From assembly GCF_037132785.1 (NCBI RefSeq), contig NZ_JBAHZZ010000115.1, forward strand, positions 1 through 55,460: a stretch of 55,460 nt of DNA, given 5' to 3'. The notes beneath the pieces were generated by a model, which saw only the letters and a program-made list of their open reading frames with translations, was not told the DNA's origin and did no database searches. Positions 53,414 through 55,460 of the stretch are shown piece after piece. The stretch's first letter is position 1. Every line of letters starts with the position of its first letter. The position numbers and the translations under genes are program-made. The stretch comes from Flavicella sp. (GTDB lineage: Bacteria; Bacteroidota; Bacteroidia; Flavobacteriales; Flavobacteriaceae).

Positions 53414-55165
53414 ATGAATTTTCTTAAAAATATTATTTCGTCAGCCATTGGCTTTATGGTTGCAGCAGGTTTTCTAATTATATTTACTGTTGTGGTTGTC
53501 GTAGTTTTGGGTAGTGATAACGAAGTAAAAGTTAGTGAGAATAGTATACTTCGATTAGAATTGAATAAAGAGATAAAGGACTTTGCTCCTATGGAGATCG
53601 ATCCGTTTGCTCAAATTCTTGGGCTTCCTCCACAATATTTGGGACTTAATGAGATTCTGTCTGCAATTGAAAAAGCGAAATCAGACCCTAGAATAAAGGG
53701 AATAAGTATTGAAGGTGATTTGGCTAGTGGTGGGATTACTCAGTTATTTGCCATTCGAAATGCGATTGTTGATTTTAAATATTCAGGAAAGCCCGTGTTT
53801 GCTTATGCAGATACTTACGGACAAAGAGAATATTTTTTAAGTTCCGTTGCAGACTCTGTATTTGTGAGTCCTGTTGGACAAGTGGAGTTGAAGGGATTGA
53901 CGTCTGAAATTTTGTTTTTTAAAGATTTTCAGGATAAATATGGTATCAAGATGGAGGTGATTCGTCATGGTAAATACAAAAGTGCTGTTGAGCCTTTTAT
54001 TGCAAATAAAATGAGTGAATCTAATAGGATCCAAATAAAAGAATTACTCGGGTCATTATGGTTTGATATGGTAGATGCTATTTCTCTTTCCAGAGGTCTT
54101 TCTGTTGATGGAATTAATGAAATTGCTGATGGATTGTTAGGAAGAACTTCAGAACGGTCTTTAAAAAATAATTTGGTAGACGGTGTATTGTATAAAGATG
54201 AGTACAAGGAGAAATTAAAGAATATTATTTCTGTTGAAAAATACGAGACAACAAGATTGATTGATTATATACAATCGAATATGTCTTTTGATTTTGAAGC
54301 AAATTCTGATGCAGCTAAAATTGCTGTCATTTATGCCCAAGGAGATATCATTTATGGAGAAGGAGACGAAGAGAGTATTGGCCAAGGAATGATGGTTAAG
54401 GCTATAAATAAAGCAGCAAAAAACGACGCTATCAAAGCGATTGTTTTACGAGTTAATTCACCTGGAGGTAGTGCGCTTGCGTCAGATTTAATTTGGAGAG
54501 CTTTAGAAACGGCCAAAAAGGAAAAGCCATTAGTGGTTTCTATGGGGGATTATGCCGCTTCTGGAGGCTATTATATATCGTGTAATGCAGATAGTATTTT
54601 TGCTGAATCAGCTACTGTTACAGGGTCTATAGGTGTATTTGGTATATTACCTAATGCAAGTGAGTTTACAAATAAAATTGGAATTTATTCTGAAAAAGTA
54701 AATACTAATAATAGTCCTTCTTATAGCCCTTTTTCAAAATTAGATCCAAAATTTCATGAAGTAACCAAAGAAAGTGTGGATCAAATATATAAAACTTTTG
54801 TGTCTAAAGTAGCTAAGGGGAGAGGAATGAGTTTTGACGAAGTTGATCAATTAGCTCAAGGAAGAGTTTGGACTGGTAAACAAGCAAAGGAGAATGGTTT
54901 GATTGATGCCGTTGGAAGCCTTGAAAATGCAATTTCATCAGCAGCATTATTGGCTGAAATTGAGGATTATAAAATTGAAAATTACCCTAAATATGAAAAG
55001 GATATTAGAGAGTCTTTTAGAAAGATGCCGTTTATGAATTTAAAAGAAGACCTAATGAAAGAATGGTTGGGGGATGCTAATTTTATTTTGTTTAAACAAT
55101 TAAATACGTTTAAGTCTGTTGAAGGTATTCAGATGGGGCTTCCTTATCTGTTAAAAATAAAATAA
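53414..55165 (+). CDS. sppA: Signal peptide peptidase, 67K type
   Basis: GKYKSAVEP, RVNSPGGS, AASGGY, TGSIGV, AQGRVWTG; TATATTTG at 53391. Confidence 0.95.
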   Translation: MNFLKNIISSAIGFMVAAGFLIIFTVVVVVVLGSDNEVKVSENSILRLELNKEIKDFAPMEIDPFAQILGLPPQYLGLNEILSAIEKAKSDPRIKGISIEGDLASGGITQLFAIRNAIVDFKYSGKPVFAYADTYGQREYFLSSVADSVFVSPVGQVELKGLTSEILFFKDFQDKYGIKMEVIRHGKYKSAVEPFIANKMSESNRIQIKELLGSLWFDMVDAISLSRGLSVDGINEIADGLLGRTSERSLKNNLVDGVLYKDEYKEKLKNIISVEKYETTRLIDYIQSNMSFDFEANSDAAKIAVIYAQGDIIYGEGDEESIGQGMMVKAINKAAKNDAIKAIVLRVNSPGGSALASDLIWRALETAKKEKPLVVSMGDYAASGGYYISCNADSIFAESATVTGSIGVFGILPNASEFTNKIGIYSEKVNTNNSPSYSPFSKLDPKFHEVTKESVDQIYKTFVSKVAKGRGMSFDEVDQLAQGRVWTGKQAKENGLIDAVGSLENAISSAALLAEIEDYKIENYPKYEKDIRESFRKMPFMNLKEDLMKEWLGDANFILFKQLNTFKSVEGIQMGLPYLLKIK

Positions 55166-55200
55166 AAATGTATGCAAAAGAGGATATTTGAATTGTGATT

Positions 55201-55319
55201 TATACCATTTTAACATTCAAATGACGGATTAAATTCGTTTATTTTTCATTCATATTTCACACAAAAACAAAATCGTAACGGGGCTATGCTTCTATTTTTA
55301 TTGCTTATCTGAATAAAAG
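55201..55319. repeat. Palindromic MITE-like element, copy 3, truncated on the right
   Basis: TATACCATTTTAACATTCAAATGACG... collinear with copies 1 and 2 until GAATAAAA (55318), then unrelated sequence. Confidence 0.85.
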
Positions 55320-55460
55320 AAGACCGTTGCAAGGTACATGACAAAAACAAACATCCAAACTTAGGATATAAATCATTGTTTGTTAGCTTATTAAGATGTA
55401 TATTCAAGCCATGAAACTACAAATAACACCTACTTTTGCAGATAGCATTTGTGATTTACG
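55320..55460 (+). mobile_element. Left end of a probable IS5-family (ISPg1/IS1106-like) element with the transposase start at 55411
   Basis: AAGACCGTTGCA resembles the GAGACCTTTGCA terminus of this group. ORF MKLQITPTFADSICDLR runs off the window and has the TFAD N-terminal motif. Confidence 0.65.

Overview
AT-rich chromosomal segment from a Flavobacteriaceae (Bacteroidota) bacterium, judged from gldC, TAnnTTTG promoters and gene order. It opens with the 3' part of a frameshifted IS30-family element. A tightly coupled MoxR/DUF58/DUF4381/vWA/vWA-TPR/BatD-like operon follows and ends in an octaheme cytochrome c lipoprotein with HEAT/TPR repeats. Next is a pheA-aminotransferase-tyrA-DAHPS/CM operon preceded by an unannotated Phe/Tyr-rich leader peptide and a complete attenuator. 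The middle holds mostly housekeeping genes (rsgA, dtd, nhaC, htrA, ligA, serB, lptD-like, amidase, mlaD, Fe-S oxidoreductase pair, mazG, def, ruvX), plus an apparently triple beta-barrel outer-membrane protein and an atypical PAP2 protein. A variable surface-glycan locus follows (GT2, two GT4, DUF5672, GT-B-like protein, DUF616, TupA ATP-grasp, GT10 fucosyltransferase, MsbA-type exporter), then tsaC, cca, gldC, pgm, folK and sppA. Non-coding structure includes three copies of a ~160-bp palindromic MITE-like element, two probable ends-only miniatures of it, an orphan IS30 terminal repeat, and an IS5-family element apparently inserted into the third MITE copy at the right edge. No CRISPR array, rRNA or tRNA was recognised. 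All family calls are motif recognition by eye, not database searches.
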